Assembly: GCA_050952625.1 (NCBI GenBank) | Contig: JBMNLH010000001.1 | Span: 416,001-480,000 of the forward strand | Reading direction: 5' to 3' | DNA: 64,000 nucleotides | From: Bacillota bacterium | GTDB lineage: Bacteria; Bacillota; Ch66; Ch109 | Shown here: positions 44,472 to 55,059 of the stretch, one piece after another | How the letters are laid out: the number at the start of each line of letters is the position of its first letter | Numbering within the stretch: position 1 is the first letter of the stretch | The notes under the pieces: generated by a model | The model's database searches: none | What the model was told of the DNA's origin: nothing | Seen by the model: only the letters and a program-made list of their open reading frames with translations | Program-made: the position numbers and the translations under genes

Positions 44472-46268
44472 TTAGCCCCTTGGACTTTCTAAGATAATAA
44501 GGTTGCCCGGGGTCAAGATTTGGCTTTCGCCTTCGACGCTCCCGCCGTAGATAGGCCACTCGGAGTTTAAGAGATGGGCTCCCGGATAGGGTAAAGGCCG
44601 GTTTTCTTGACCCAGGTTAAATAAGGCGATTAATTCTCGGTTCTCGCGCCACCGTCTTACCGTAATGAGCCGCAGTTCTTCTTGAACCTGGACCTCCAGG
44701 TTGAATTTATCCAGGACCCTTAGGACCGGATGAGTCCGGCGAAGAGCGAGCAGGTCGCGGTAAAAAGCAAACATAAACTTGTTTTGATCATCCCACTCGG
44801 TGCGGGGCGTTAGCTTGGAACGGTAAAAAGTGGCAGGATCCTGAGGGTTGGGTGCTTTTCCCCAGCTAAAACGTTGGAATTCTTTCTGACGTCCCTTGAC
44901 CACCGCGTCCTTTAGGTCCGGATCAGTAAAGTCAGTAAAAAACTGAAAAGGATTTTTTTCTGCATACTCTTCACCCATAAAAATCAGCGGCAGATAAGGA
45001 GAAATCAGGACCAAGCCAGCAGCAGCTTTCAGATAAGGAAATTCAACCAGTTGGGAGAGCCGCTCCCCTTGAGCTCGGTTGCCAACCTGATCATGGTTTT
45101 GAGTGGCAACGACAAACTGTTTGCCCGGGTTAGCCGAAGCATCACTGCCCCGATTTTTCTTCAGAAACCGGGAGTATTCGCCAGTATATAGGTAGTTCTT
45201 AAATACCTTCTCAAAGTCCTTGATTCGGCCATAATCCAAATAATAACCGTCTAATTCCCCGGTTAAAACGGTGTGGATACAGTGATGAAAATCATCCATC
45301 CATTGGGCATCTATCCCGTAGCCACCCTGATCAATGGGGTTAATCAGTTTAACATTATTTTCGTCGGTTTCGGCAATTACAACCAAGCGGCGGCCTTGTT
45401 GGGCGGCCAGTTTTTTCACGGTTTGACTAATCTCTTGCAGGATATGGAGTTCACTGTCGTCCAGGATAGCGTGAACTGCATCCAAGCGAAGTCCGTCAAA
45501 GTGATAGTTTTCAATCCAGTGGGTAACATTGTCCAATACCATTTGACGCGTAAACTCGCAAAATGCGTCATCGTAGTTTACCGCGGCTCCCCACGGCGTC
45601 TCGTGCTTATAGGTGAAGTAAGGACCAAACTCCGGCAGGTAGTTTCCTTCCGGTCCCAGGTGGTTATAAACGACATCCAGCAGGACCGCGAGCCCTTTTT
45701 GGTGACACTGGTCAATCAGATACTTAAGGTCGTCCGGGGTACCATAGTTGTGATTAACGCTGAACAAAAAAACTCCATCATAGCCCCAATTCCACCGGCC
45801 TGGGGTCTGAGCCAGGGGCATGAGTTCCAGGGTATTTACTCCGAGTTCGAGTAAATAATCCAACTTCGCGGCAGCTGCCCGAAAGGTGCCCTCTGCGGTA
45901 AAAGTCCCCACGTGCAATTCATAGATCACCATTTCTTCAAGGTCTCGTCCCGGCCAGCTCTGGTCGTGCCAGGTATATGTCTGATGGTTCACGACTTGGG
46001 AGAATTCATGCACGCCAAAAGGCTGAAAGTGGCTGTAAGGATCCGGGAAATTTTTATCATTAGCCAGCCTAAATTTATAGAGCAGGTCCAGACCTAAGCC
46101 AGTCACCGTAGCGGTATAAACGTGGGGTCGTTCCTCGGTCATGGGGAATAGTTCTACCCGATCTTTTGACTGCACTACCAGGCTAATTTCGGGTTTATCA
46201 AACGCAAAGACGCGAAAGGAAACCTCTGCATTTTGGGGATCTTTAATCCAGGCACCCATTGGCTTCAT
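44472..46268 (-). CDS. treZ: Malto-oligosyltrehalose trehalohydrolase
   Basis: PDPYSHFQPFGVH, YELHVGTFT, WNWGYDGV, DVVYNHLGPEGNY, GLRLDAVHAI, QNHDQVGNR. Confidence 0.92.
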   Translation of the reverse strand: MKPMGAWIKDPQNAEVSFRVFAFDKPEISLVVQSKDRVELFPMTEERPHVYTATVTGLGLDLLYKFRLANDKNFPDPYSHFQPFGVHEFSQVVNHQTYTWHDQSWPGRDLEEMVIYELHVGTFTAEGTFRAAAAKLDYLLELGVNTLELMPLAQTPGRWNWGYDGVFLFSVNHNYGTPDDLKYLIDQCHQKGLAVLLDVVYNHLGPEGNYLPEFGPYFTYKHETPWGAAVNYDDAFCEFTRQMVLDNVTHWIENYHFDGLRLDAVHAILDDSELHILQEISQTVKKLAAQQGRRLVVIAETDENNVKLINPIDQGGYGIDAQWMDDFHHCIHTVLTGELDGYYLDYGRIKDFEKVFKNYLYTGEYSRFLKKNRGSDASANPGKQFVVATQNHDQVGNRAQGERLSQLVEFPYLKAAAGLVLISPYLPLIFMGEEYAEKNPFQFFTDFTDPDLKDAVVKGRQKEFQRFSWGKAPNPQDPATFYRSKLTPRTEWDDQNKFMFAFYRDLLALRRTHPVLRVLDKFNLEVQVQEELRLITVRRWRENRELIALFNLGQENRPLPYPGAHLLNSEWPIYGGSVEGESQILTPGNLIILESPRG

Positions 46269-46548
46269 GTTTAATCGCCTCACTTAGTCGTTGAATTGAA
46301 TAGTCCGTTTTATTTCATGGATGTAATAGCTTAAGGACCCACATACAGCTAAGCAGCACTATCATCGAATGTATAATCCATGATTCGTAGTGTTTCAATG
46401 AGGTCAGCGATCGGCGATTTACCTATATTATTCTGTTTTCTTCTCAGTCTAGCCTGCTGACCGAGTTAAACACTAGCGTGACTACTAAAGCATAATATAA
46501 CCAGAGAATTAGGAAACTATATAAACTAATACCGAGAGGGGGCCCCTT

Positions 46549-47790
46549 ATGCAACTGGTTTCAGTCAACCGCAAAATTTACCAGGATTATCTAGAGTTCT
46601 TAGACCGCGATATTCAAAATGAACTTGATTTATTAGTGGGTGCACTAAAAGATAAACGGATCGCTATGGTAAACGCCACTTCGTTCGGAGGCGGGGTGGC
46701 CGAGATTCTACATTCAATGGTTCCTTTGATGCGGGATATGGGACTAGCGATTGATTGGTGGACGCTTCAGGCAGCAGACGAGTTTTATTATGTAACCAAA
46801 ACTTTTCATAACCGACTCCAGGGGCAGGAAGGGAGTATTACTGAAAGGGAAAAGGCGGTTTACCTCAAGTACTGTCAGCTCAACGCTGAGTTTATGCGCG
46901 ATTGGGAGTACGACTTTATTGTGATGCACGATCCCCAGACTGCCGGTCTGATATCCTTTCGGGAGCCAAGGGGCCGTGAAAGATGGATCTGGCGGTGTCA
47001 TATCGATACCTCGAGTCCAAACCAGGAATACTGGGATTTTATTTATCAATTTATTAGTCAATATCATGCAGCAATTTTTACGATTGAGGATTTTGTCAAC
47101 GAAAGAGTCGACATTAAAAATATAACCTTTATCACTCCTTCCATTGATCCAATCAGCTCCAAAAATATACCGCTAGACAAAGATGAGGCTAAGCGTATTA
47201 TTGTCCAGTTCGGGATTGACCCTCATCGACCATTAATCACTCAGGTCTCTCGTTTCGACCCTTGGAAGGATCCTTTGGGCGTTATCGATGCCTACCGCAT
47301 TGTCAAAAAGGAATTTCCCAGCGTACAGCTAGCCTTAGTCGGTTCTATGGCGACCGATGACCCGGAGGGGTGGGATTACCTTTATCGAACAATTCGACGA
47401 GCCGGGGAGGATTATGATATCATTATTGTCACCAACTTTAATGGGGTTTCCAATCGAGAAGTCAACGCCTTTCAGACCGCTTCAGATATCGTTCTTCAGA
47501 AATCATTAAGAGAAGGTTTCGGGTTGACTGTTTCCGAAGGACTGTGGAAGGGATCCCCGGTAATCGGCGGTAATGTAGGAGGTATAAGGCTGCAAATTGA
47601 GGATGGAGTGACTGGCTACCTAGTTAATACTGTGGAAGAATGTGCCGAAAAGGTTTTAACCCTTTTGCGCAATCCGCTCCTAGCGGATAGCATGGCCCAA
47701 GCCGGCAGAGAGCATGTCCGCCGGGAATTCTTGATTACCACCAATATTTTGCGTTATTTTAGACTGTTTCATAGTCTGGCCAATAATTAA
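46549..47790 (+). CDS. GT4 trehalose synthase (TreT-like glycosyltransferase)
   Basis: NATSFGGGVAEIL, HDPQ, WRCHID, QVSRFDPWKD, QKSLREGFGLTVSE. Confidence 0.85.
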   Translation: MQLVSVNRKIYQDYLEFLDRDIQNELDLLVGALKDKRIAMVNATSFGGGVAEILHSMVPLMRDMGLAIDWWTLQAADEFYYVTKTFHNRLQGQEGSITEREKAVYLKYCQLNAEFMRDWEYDFIVMHDPQTAGLISFREPRGRERWIWRCHIDTSSPNQEYWDFIYQFISQYHAAIFTIEDFVNERVDIKNITFITPSIDPISSKNIPLDKDEAKRIIVQFGIDPHRPLITQVSRFDPWKDPLGVIDAYRIVKKEFPSVQLALVGSMATDDPEGWDYLYRTIRRAGEDYDIIIVTNFNGVSNREVNAFQTASDIVLQKSLREGFGLTVSEGLWKGSPVIGGNVGGIRLQIEDGVTGYLVNTVEECAEKVLTLLRNPLLADSMAQAGREHVRREFLITTNILRYFRLFHSLANN

Positions 47791-47802
47791 AGCAGGTATA
47801 GA

Positions 47803-47835
47803 AAAGGCCTAAACCAAATTATGGTTCAGGCCTTT
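47803..47835. terminator. Bidirectional terminator
   Basis: AAAGGCCTAAACCA-AATTA-TGGTTCAGGCCTTT between convergent genes. Confidence 0.65.
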
Positions 47836-47859
47836 GACTAAATCAAAAGACATCATAAA

Positions 47860-48159
47860 TCAATCCCACCAGCTATACTTGTTTTTAGGTTTTGGCGGTT
47901 TCTTATGAGTTAGGCGCCAACCAATGCCTAAAATGATTGCTAATAAGAGTAAACCACCTAGGGTGGGGACCAGGTATTGCCGATTCCACAACTCTTGTTC
48001 TTGCATGGCCTTCGCATATGCCTGGACCAGCTCCCAGGTCTGATTGCCTATAACCACTACCGAACTGCTATCGGCTAAACTTACTGGGGATTGGGTTAAT
48101 AAGATCAGACAGACCAGAGTTACTGTTATCCACCACTTTAGAGATGTGTAAATCTTCAC
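47860..48159 (-). CDS. Small exported/membrane hypothetical protein
   Basis: AGGGGGTG SD, signal peptide, C-terminal TM and basic tail. Confidence 0.6.
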   Translation of the reverse strand: MKIYTSLKWWITVTLVCLILLTQSPVSLADSSSVVVIGNQTWELVQAYAKAMQEQELWNRQYLVPTLGGLLLLAIILGIGWRLTHKKPPKPKNKYSWWD

Positions 48160-48245
48160 ATGACCACCCCCTAAAATTATGCTATAACAGTAATTGTAAT
48201 TTTTCAAGGCTTTCGACATTACTATTCAAAAAGGGTTATTATTGT

Positions 48246-49745
48246 TTAGACCTCGTACTTGCTCCGCAACTGACTTTTCATTACTTTTCCCATCGTATTT
48301 CTAGGTAGGGCCTCGATTTCGTAAATACTTTTAGGTCGTTTATAGCCGGCTAGTTTGGCTTGGCACAAAGCAGTAAGTGCAGTCAGATCGATGGTTTGTC
48401 CGGGTTTAGGGACAACCACGGCAACCACCCGTTCTCCCAGGTCATCATCAGGAACACCAATGACTGCTGCTTCTAGGACCGCCGGGTTGGTTTCCAGCAG
48501 GGCTTCTATTTCTTTCGGATAAACATTCATCCCGCCGGAAATAATCAGATCCTTAGACCGTCCGACCAAAAATAAATACCCGTCACTGTCCTGATACCCT
48601 AAATCCCCGGTCTTAAACCATTCGTCAATAAATGATTCTGCTGTTTTGTCTGGCATTTGCCAGTATCCCTGGAAGACGTTTTTGCCTTTAACCAGGACCT
48701 CCCCAACTTCACCCGGATTAACGTCTTTCCCAGCCGGGTCCACAATCCGCATCGCTACTCCCGGCAGAGGTAGACCCACGCCACCCGGCTTGCGCTCGCC
48801 ATTCAATGGATTTGAGGTATTGATTCCAGTTTCGGACATCCCATAGCGTTCCAAAACCGCCTGGCCGAAGATTTGTTGAAAATGTTCAAAGGTGGCGGCA
48901 GAAAGGGGAGCGGAACCGGATATCCACAGACGCATGGAACTGAGATTATATTCTTTTGGATTAGGTATTTGCAGAAGTCGGTGATACATCGTGGGAACGC
49001 CCATGAAAACAGTACAGTGGTACTTATCGATGGCCGCTAGGGTGGTCACTGGGTCAAATTTAGTATGGATTATCATCTCCATCCCGGCGTTTAACGCACC
49101 GTGAAAGGCAAATATCAGACCGTGGACGTGGAAAATCGGCAAAACGTGGAGCAAGACATCTTGATCCGAGTGGCCCCAGATATCATGGAGGGTGCTGATG
49201 GTAGCCAGCAGATTGGCCTGACTTAACATTGCCCCTTTGGAGCGGCCGGTGGTTCCGGAGGTGTAGATGATGAGTGCCGTGTCGTTAGACTGGGCTGGGC
49301 AAGCAGTTCGGTCTGGTTGGGCGGTGAGCAAAGAATCGAAGGACACTGGTCCAGTGTTGGAGTCAGTAATGACCACATGTTTAAGTTCGGGAAACTCAGG
49401 TGATTCCGGCAGGGCAAAATCAGCGTGGCTGGCTTCGGTGACAAATACCTTGGCCCGGGAGTCAGCCAGAAAATAGGCGATTTCTTCCCGGGTATAGGCT
49501 GGGTTAAGGGGGATAGTAATACTTCCTAATTGCAGGTTCGCCAGATGGGCATATAAAAACTCCAAACACTTGGGCAACTGAATGGCGACCCGGTCGCCTG
49601 GCTGAACCCCCAGGTCGTGTAGGCCCTGGCGCACCCGAGCCGCTGAATCCCATAGTTGGCCGTAGGTAATAACTTGGTCATCGAATAGCAGTCGCTTATC
49701 CGGGTATTTTTCAATGTTGAGCTTAATTTGGTTGGCCAGGTTCAT
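48246..49745 (-). CDS. Acyl-CoA synthetase (MatB/malonyl-CoA synthetase-like)
   Basis: YTSGTTGRSKG, LPIFHVHG, ERYGMSET, FKTGDLG, GRSKDLIISGG, PRNTMGK. Confidence 0.9.
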   Translation of the reverse strand: MNLANQIKLNIEKYPDKRLLFDDQVITYGQLWDSAARVRQGLHDLGVQPGDRVAIQLPKCLEFLYAHLANLQLGSITIPLNPAYTREEIAYFLADSRAKVFVTEASHADFALPESPEFPELKHVVITDSNTGPVSFDSLLTAQPDRTACPAQSNDTALIIYTSGTTGRSKGAMLSQANLLATISTLHDIWGHSDQDVLLHVLPIFHVHGLIFAFHGALNAGMEMIIHTKFDPVTTLAAIDKYHCTVFMGVPTMYHRLLQIPNPKEYNLSSMRLWISGSAPLSAATFEHFQQIFGQAVLERYGMSETGINTSNPLNGERKPGGVGLPLPGVAMRIVDPAGKDVNPGEVGEVLVKGKNVFQGYWQMPDKTAESFIDEWFKTGDLGYQDSDGYLFLVGRSKDLIISGGMNVYPKEIEALLETNPAVLEAAVIGVPDDDLGERVVAVVVPKPGQTIDLTALTALCQAKLAGYKRPKSIYEIEALPRNTMGKVMKSQLRSKYEV

Positions 49746-50016
49746 TGTAATAATCCCTCCCGTGTTTTCTTTATCCTTCAGTTTACTACTCTTGAATTAG
49801 GGATGGAATACTCTGTCTGAGGATTAATCATTAATGCCAAATTTACCATAATAACATATAGCATAAAATGTAAAATGGACCAGTATTCAAGGTAGTTAGT
49901 AAGAAAATAACACGTTTCTCGTAGTTTGTGTTATTTTCATCCGTGGTTGTGCCCTGCGGGCATGGGCTGTTTATATGGAAAAAAGGTCAAGGTAATACTT
50001 GGTTAGACGGTCAAGG

Positions 50017-51399
50017 TCAGAGTAAACCGTACCGCTTCATCTTACGCCAGAGCGTACTTTTATCTATCCCCAAGGCCTGCGCGGTCTTGCCTCGGTGTCC
50101 TTGAAACTGTTCGAGAGTTCGGCTGATCAAGGCAATTTCGCTTTCCTGCCGGGTTTGGTTAATGATCGGCTGGTTTGGGCTAGTTTGAGCTTGGTTATTT
50201 TGATAATCGAAGATATCTGAGGAATTGCCTTGAACCACTTCTTTCGGTAAATGCTCCAATTCAATTTGATTTCCCCGGCACAAGATAAAGGCGTGTTCTA
50301 AAAGGTTTTCTAATTCCCGGATGTTGCCCGGGAACGAATAGCTTAGCAAAAACTGCAGAACCTCACCAGAAACCTGACTGATTCGTTTATCTTTCTTTAA
50401 ATTAAGCTTACGGAGGAAGTGTTCAACCAGAAGCGGGATATCCTCCCGACGTTCGTTTAAAGAGGGTAACTTAATCTTTAGGATATTTAAACGGTAGTAA
50501 AGATCTTGCCGAAATGTTTTTTGTTGCACCATTTCCAGCAAGTTTCGGTTGGTAGCCGCAATGATCCTGACATCGGTTTTCACCGGAGTAGTTGCTCCAA
50601 GTGGTACATACTCTCTTTCCTGAAGAACCCGAAGCAGTTTCACCTGAAAAGCTGGCGAAAGTTCTCCGACTTCATCTAGAAAGATTGTTCCCTTTTCCGC
50701 CTGAGCAAACCGACCCGGTTTATCTTTTTTGGCATCGGTAAAAGCTCCCCGGACATAACCGAAAAGTTCGGATTCCAGCAGGGTGTCTGGCAGGGCCCCG
50801 CAGTTAACCGCGATAAAGGGTTTATCATGGCGAGGGCTTAAATTATGGATGGCTTTGGTCATAAGTTCCTTCCCGGAACCGCTTGGTCCTTCAATTAAAA
50901 CAGTCGCATCACTATCGGCTACATCTGGGAGAATGGAGAAGATTTCTTGCATCGTGTGGTTCTTGCTGATAATGTCTTGGAAGCTGTACTGTCCAGAAAG
51001 TTCTTTGCGCAATTCTTCCAGAGCCGAAAGGTCGCGAAATGTCTCTACCCCGCCGATAAGACGGCCTGTTTGATCAGTTAGGATCGCAGTGCTGATACTG
51101 ATGGGTATTTGATCACCCTTGTGGTTAAGGACATTGATATGCAGATCGATAATTTCCTGACCTGAATTAATTGTATGTTTAAGAGCACAATTGCCTTGGC
51201 AGATATTAGCGTGAAAAACATCGTAGCACTTCTGACCGATCGCCTGCTCACGGGATATGCCGATAATTTTCTCAGCCGCTCGGTTAAATGATTTAATAAT
51301 GAAGTTTCGGTCAACAGTAAAGATTCCATCAGCAACACTATCTAAAATTGTCCGAACATGCAGATTATCCTGAAAGTCGTGACTGATATCGTGACCCAT
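50017..51399 (-). CDS. PAS-domain sigma-54-dependent activator (bEBP) with Fis HTH
   Basis: GPSGSGKE, ESELFG, GAFTDA, FLDEVG, RQDLYYRL, PGNIREL, C-terminal HTH. Confidence 0.95.
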   Translation of the reverse strand: MGHDISHDFQDNLHVRTILDSVADGIFTVDRNFIIKSFNRAAEKIIGISREQAIGQKCYDVFHANICQGNCALKHTINSGQEIIDLHINVLNHKGDQIPISISTAILTDQTGRLIGGVETFRDLSALEELRKELSGQYSFQDIISKNHTMQEIFSILPDVADSDATVLIEGPSGSGKELMTKAIHNLSPRHDKPFIAVNCGALPDTLLESELFGYVRGAFTDAKKDKPGRFAQAEKGTIFLDEVGELSPAFQVKLLRVLQEREYVPLGATTPVKTDVRIIAATNRNLLEMVQQKTFRQDLYYRLNILKIKLPSLNERREDIPLLVEHFLRKLNLKKDKRISQVSGEVLQFLLSYSFPGNIRELENLLEHAFILCRGNQIELEHLPKEVVQGNSSDIFDYQNNQAQTSPNQPIINQTRQESEIALISRTLEQFQGHRGKTAQALGIDKSTLWRKMKRYGLL

Positions 51400-51483
51400 A
51401 AAAATACCCTCCCGCAAATAATGCAACTATATTATTGCATCAATCATTGCAACAATGCAAGAGGGTGAGGCTTTTAAATTTAC

Positions 51484-52374
51484 TTAATCAATAGACATTC
51501 TAAGACCGGTCGGGCAGGGAAAGCAGCGGTCAGGGAATTCGGTTTGTAAAGCGAACGCGCCCATTGCTCCGGTACAGTGTCCCAGGCCAATTCTTTGAAC
51601 TGAATATTCCCTCAAAGTCTGGATCGTCTGTTTCACTAGTTTGGCGGAGGCCCCATTTAGGTGCATCCCGCCAATAACCATGTAAATGCTGGTTTGACCA
51701 GTCAAGGCTTTAACTCGATCAAAGGTAGCCTTCAGGCCAGAATGACAGCAGCCCAGGATGACAATTAAACCCTTTCGACTCTCCAGAATTAAAGCCTGGT
51801 CGTCTTTAATAAGGTCTGGGCGGGTTCCCGCACGGTCCTCAAAGAAGTGCTTTACCGTTAGGTCCGGTTGGCTTTTTGGTATTTCACCAGTGTTTAGACA
51901 CCCTGGAAAGAGAATGACAGAATCATGGGATAGATTAAATCGTTTGGAGTTTAATAATGCAGCGGGAACCCCAATCTCCCGCGCTTCGCCGCCCATAGGC
52001 GGCAAATAAAACCGGCACTTAAAAATATCAGGGTGAGCGTACACCTGGGCCTTAGAGTTTAACTGGAGGATATCAGCCAGGCCTCCAGTATGATCATAAT
52101 GACCATGACTGATGACGATTTTATCTACTGCGCTCAAATCAAGACCCAGGGGTTTAGCGTTGGCTAAAAGTAGGGAGCTTTGACCGGTGTCAAAGAGGAT
52201 CCGGCCCTTATTGCTCTCAATGAGGACTGACCACCCGTGTTCAGCCTTTAAACCAGGAAGCTGGACCGTATTTTCCACGAGAATACTAATGCAGATAGTT
52301 GAATTACTAGGAGAAGACAAAGTTTTAACCTCCATCTTTGGCATTTTTACCAGGTTTTTATTATTGTTCTTCAT
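51484..52374 (-). CDS. MBL-fold metallohydrolase (7,8-dihydropterin-related family)
   Basis: AEHGWS, FDTG, SHGHYDHTGG, GCCHSG, GGMH, HCTG. Confidence 0.9.
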   Translation of the reverse strand: MKNNNKNLVKMPKMEVKTLSSPSNSTICISILVENTVQLPGLKAEHGWSVLIESNKGRILFDTGQSSLLLANAKPLGLDLSAVDKIVISHGHYDHTGGLADILQLNSKAQVYAHPDIFKCRFYLPPMGGEAREIGVPAALLNSKRFNLSHDSVILFPGCLNTGEIPKSQPDLTVKHFFEDRAGTRPDLIKDDQALILESRKGLIVILGCCHSGLKATFDRVKALTGQTSIYMVIGGMHLNGASAKLVKQTIQTLREYSVQRIGLGHCTGAMGAFALQTEFPDRCFPCPTGLRMSID

Positions 52375-52918
52375 CTATTAGCTCAAATTCCCAGGCGCAC
52401 CAGATTCCGGGCGGAGTCTCGTCAGGTGGACAGCAGAGACAAGTCGTCTTGAATCGGCTATCTATCGTAGAGGCAAACGAAGAGTATTCGCAGTATCCGG
52501 GTGATTTGCAGGGATGGGGAGGCAAACCAGCTCTTCGCCGTCCTTCTTGTTGCCGACATTCATTCATTTGAAAGACTACTTTGTTTTCGGCAATCTGAAA
52601 AACTTTTTGTTTATTCACACTGGCGTAGGGACGAAATCTAAAAGCCTGGATTAGGGCTGGAATCCCCCCGTTTTCTGGGAGAGACAGCCTTTTTTTGATT
52701 CGGTTGGCTTCGATTACCGGATAACGACACCAGACTTCTTCGTCCATTTGCATGGCTGCTTCAAGACCATAGGCTCTTTCAACCGCCTGAAACCAGAGTC
52801 CATCAATCGCGGCCCAGTTCTTAGCAATATCGGTAATGTAATCAAGGAGCTCTTCCCTCGTAAGATCAGTAATTTCTTTAATCTGAGGATTTTTTAGCAC
52901 AATAACGTTCTTGTTCAA
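52361..52918 (-). CDS. DUF6125-like Cys-containing protein
   Basis: NWAAIDGLWFQAVE, ECRQQ..R, HPCK, CLCCPPD..WCAWEF. Confidence 0.75.
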   Translation of the reverse strand: MNKNVIVLKNPQIKEITDLTREELLDYITDIAKNWAAIDGLWFQAVERAYGLEAAMQMDEEVWCRYPVIEANRIKKRLSLPENGGIPALIQAFRFRPYASVNKQKVFQIAENKVVFQMNECRQQEGRRRAGLPPHPCKSPGYCEYSSFASTIDSRFKTTCLCCPPDETPPGIWCAWEFELIDEEQ

Positions 52919-52945
52919 AAAGCATGCTCCTTTCTTTTATAAGCT

Positions 52946-53061
52946 TTTATCTGAATCAAAAGACTCCCACTTCTATAAGTGGGGGTTACCTTGTTGAGGT
53001 TCCAGATTGAATAAAGCCTCCATCTGAAGCCTTGATGTTCAGCGAAGCTGAACCAATTCAC
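52946..53061 (+). mobile_element. IS200/IS605-like MITE copy E
   Basis: TTTAT|CTGAATCAAAAGACTCCCACTTCTATAAGTGGGGGTTACC...GCTGAACCAATTCAC. Confidence 0.7.
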
Positions 53062-53180
53062 TGAGATATCTTTTGAAAGAAAGTCTCTTCCAAAGTCCCT
53101 TATATAAGGTCTTTCACTTAAGGTCTTTATTGAATTGTTGCAAAATTTATGCCCATAAACCACTCATGCCTTTTAGGCAC

Positions 53181-53363
53181 AACTCTCCGCTCCGCCCAGA
53201 ATTATCATGCGTTAACCGCACCACGATAAACAAATAATGATTATATTCAGAGCAATGACAGTTGTTACGTTGTATTTTTCTGCTAACCGCCCATGCCCGC
53301 AGGGCACAACCACCAACGAAAATAACACAAACAACAATATGCGTGTTATTTACTTAACTAACA
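53181..53363 (-). repeat. Dispersed repeat family 2 copy (others at 49895-49973, 53859-53937, 63121-63150)
   Basis: AAATAACAC..GTGTTATTTTC..GTGGTTGTGCCCTGCGGGCATGGGCGGTTA. Confidence 0.7.
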
Positions 53364-53380
53364 CTGTCGCTATTGTCAAG

Positions 53381-53397
53381 TTGGCATGAATCCTGCA
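53381..53397 (+). promoter_or_regulatory. Sigma-54 promoter (-24/-12)
   Basis: TTGGCATGAATCCTGCA, GG-N10-GC; bEBP gene nearby. Confidence 0.7.
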
Positions 53398-53492
53398 ATA
53401 AAGATGATGAGTGGACTTATCATTTAACTTTTAAATCTATATGAGTGTAGTAAAAGGGAAGGCGAACAAACGATTAAAGATATCAATGCTGG

Positions 53493-53813
53493 GTGATACT
53501 TATGATAATTGGCATTGCCAAGCATCAGGAATTTATAGCCTCACGTTTTGATTGTGCCGAGGAATTCTTGATTATCGAGCTCCAGAATTCACAAATAACC
53601 AAACAGTTCATTCTGCAGTGTCTAGATAAAAACCTGCTGCGCAAGGCTCTTTTAATGTTTCAGTCATCAGTTAATATTATTATTTGTGGTAGTATTGACA
53701 GTTTTTCTTTAAGGCTTTTAGAGGATCATAAGATTACCGTTATTTCTGGGCAACATGGTCAACTACAAGATTTTTTGGACCGGTGGTTAAAGCAATTAGG
53801 GGGCGGGTCTTGA
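53493..53813 (+). CDS. NifB/NifX-family (FeMo-co-binding domain) protein
   Basis: IASRFDCAEEFLII, VNIIICGSI, ITVISG. Confidence 0.7.
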   Translation: MILMIIGIAKHQEFIASRFDCAEEFLIIELQNSQITKQFILQCLDKNLLRKALLMFQSSVNIIICGSIDSFSLRLLEDHKITVISGQHGQLQDFLDRWLKQLGGGS

Positions 53814-53977
53814 AAAACATTGTTGGTTAAGCTAGAGTTTACCATAAAGTTAACTATTGGTTAGCAAGAAAATAACACTTTTATTTTCGTTTGTGTTATT
53901 ATCTTGGTGGTTGTGCCTTGCGAGCATAGGTGGTTAACTAGAATAATTGATGACAAAGATCAGGAGGGATTAACCCG

Positions 53978-54836
53978 GTGAACTGTAAGCCGAATGAATG
54001 CAACACTTGTCAATCTACGACTTGTGGAGAAAAGAAACCAAATGGCAATCAACAGCAGTCAGGGATTGAAAGACTCGCCACTCACCGAATGAATACGATT
54101 AATCATGTTTTGGCCGTAATGAGCGGTAAAGGAGGGGTTGGGAAATCTTCCGTCACCGCTTTGCTGGCTTCAGAATTGAGCCGCCACGGCTTTAAAGTAG
54201 GGATCCTGGATGCTGACGTGACTGGGGCCTAGTATCCCTAAGATGTTTGGGATAAAAGAAAGGCCGAAGGCAGATCGGAACGGCATATATCCTCCGGCTT
54301 CAAATAGTGGGATTAAGGTTATGTCAGTTAATCTTTTGCTGGAAAAAGAAGATGATCCAGTAATTTGGCGGGGTCCGGTCATTGCCGGGGCAGTACGCCA
54401 ATTCTGGTCCGAAGTAATTTGGGGAAAACTAGATTTTCTTCTGGTGGATTTGCCACCGGGGACCGGGGATAGTCCGCTTACCGTAATGCAATCTCTTCCG
54501 GTTAATGGTGTGGTAATCGTCTCCTCCCCCCAGGACTTGGCCCATATGGTAGTCCGAAAAGCAATCAAGATGGTTAAAAAGCTCGACATCCCGATTTTTG
54601 GCATTGTCGAAAACATGAGCTATTTGCAATGCCCTCATTGCCAAGAAGCAATAGAGATCTTTGGCTCTCGAACCGAGGCACAGGATAACCCGGAGATACC
54701 GATATTGGGCGAAGCACCGCTTGATCCAGCCCTTAGTCGAATGTGCGATGAAGGAGTCGTGGAGTTTTATACCAGTCAGTGGATTACCAAAATCGCCGAA
54801 GGGATACTAGCGAAAACGATAAAAGGGAAGAATTAA
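53978..54836 (+). pseudogene. Mrp/NBP35 (ApbC) ATPase, +1 frameshift in G-run at about 54225
   Basis: [17 protein letters not shown]^PSIP, PVIWRGP, DLPPGTGD, VENMS, CPHC; removing one G joins the two ORFs (could be a sequencing error). Confidence 0.85.
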
Positions 54837-54846
54837 CGCCATTAAG

Positions 54847-55049
54847 TTGCAGAGATGCAAGTAGTGCGATTGCAGCAATTGCATTGTTGAACATTTATAG
54901 GTTCTCGTTTAACCGACATTTAGTTTGTAAATAGTTTTGTATCGTGTCATTCTGAGCGAAGCGAAGAATTCTTGGTTATATTCATTAAACAGATTTACAT
55001 TTACAAAAGGATTTTCGATACAGTAGCTAATTTTGGCGCGGTTTTTGCA
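54847..55049 (+). promoter_or_regulatory. Candidate bEBP sites (TTGCA-N4-TGCAA) and second sigma-54 promoter
   Basis: TTGCAGAGATGCAA 54847-54860, TTGCAGCAATTGCA 54870-54883, TTGGCGCGGTTTTTGCA 55033-55049; same palindrome at 51447-51460. Confidence 0.65.
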
Positions 55050-55059
55050 TTTAAAATGA

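Noticed and set aside
37461-53163. Similar ORFs 37461-37853, 52915-53163 and 6899-7153 as a protein family
   Set aside because: The shared text (SFAEHxGFRWRL in the first two) is translation of the MITE and 6899-7153 spans repeats; no SDs.
54220-54235. Programmed frameshift or phase variation in Mrp/NBP35
   Set aside because: Only a G4 run with no slippery heptamer or stimulator; mutation or sequencing error is more likely.
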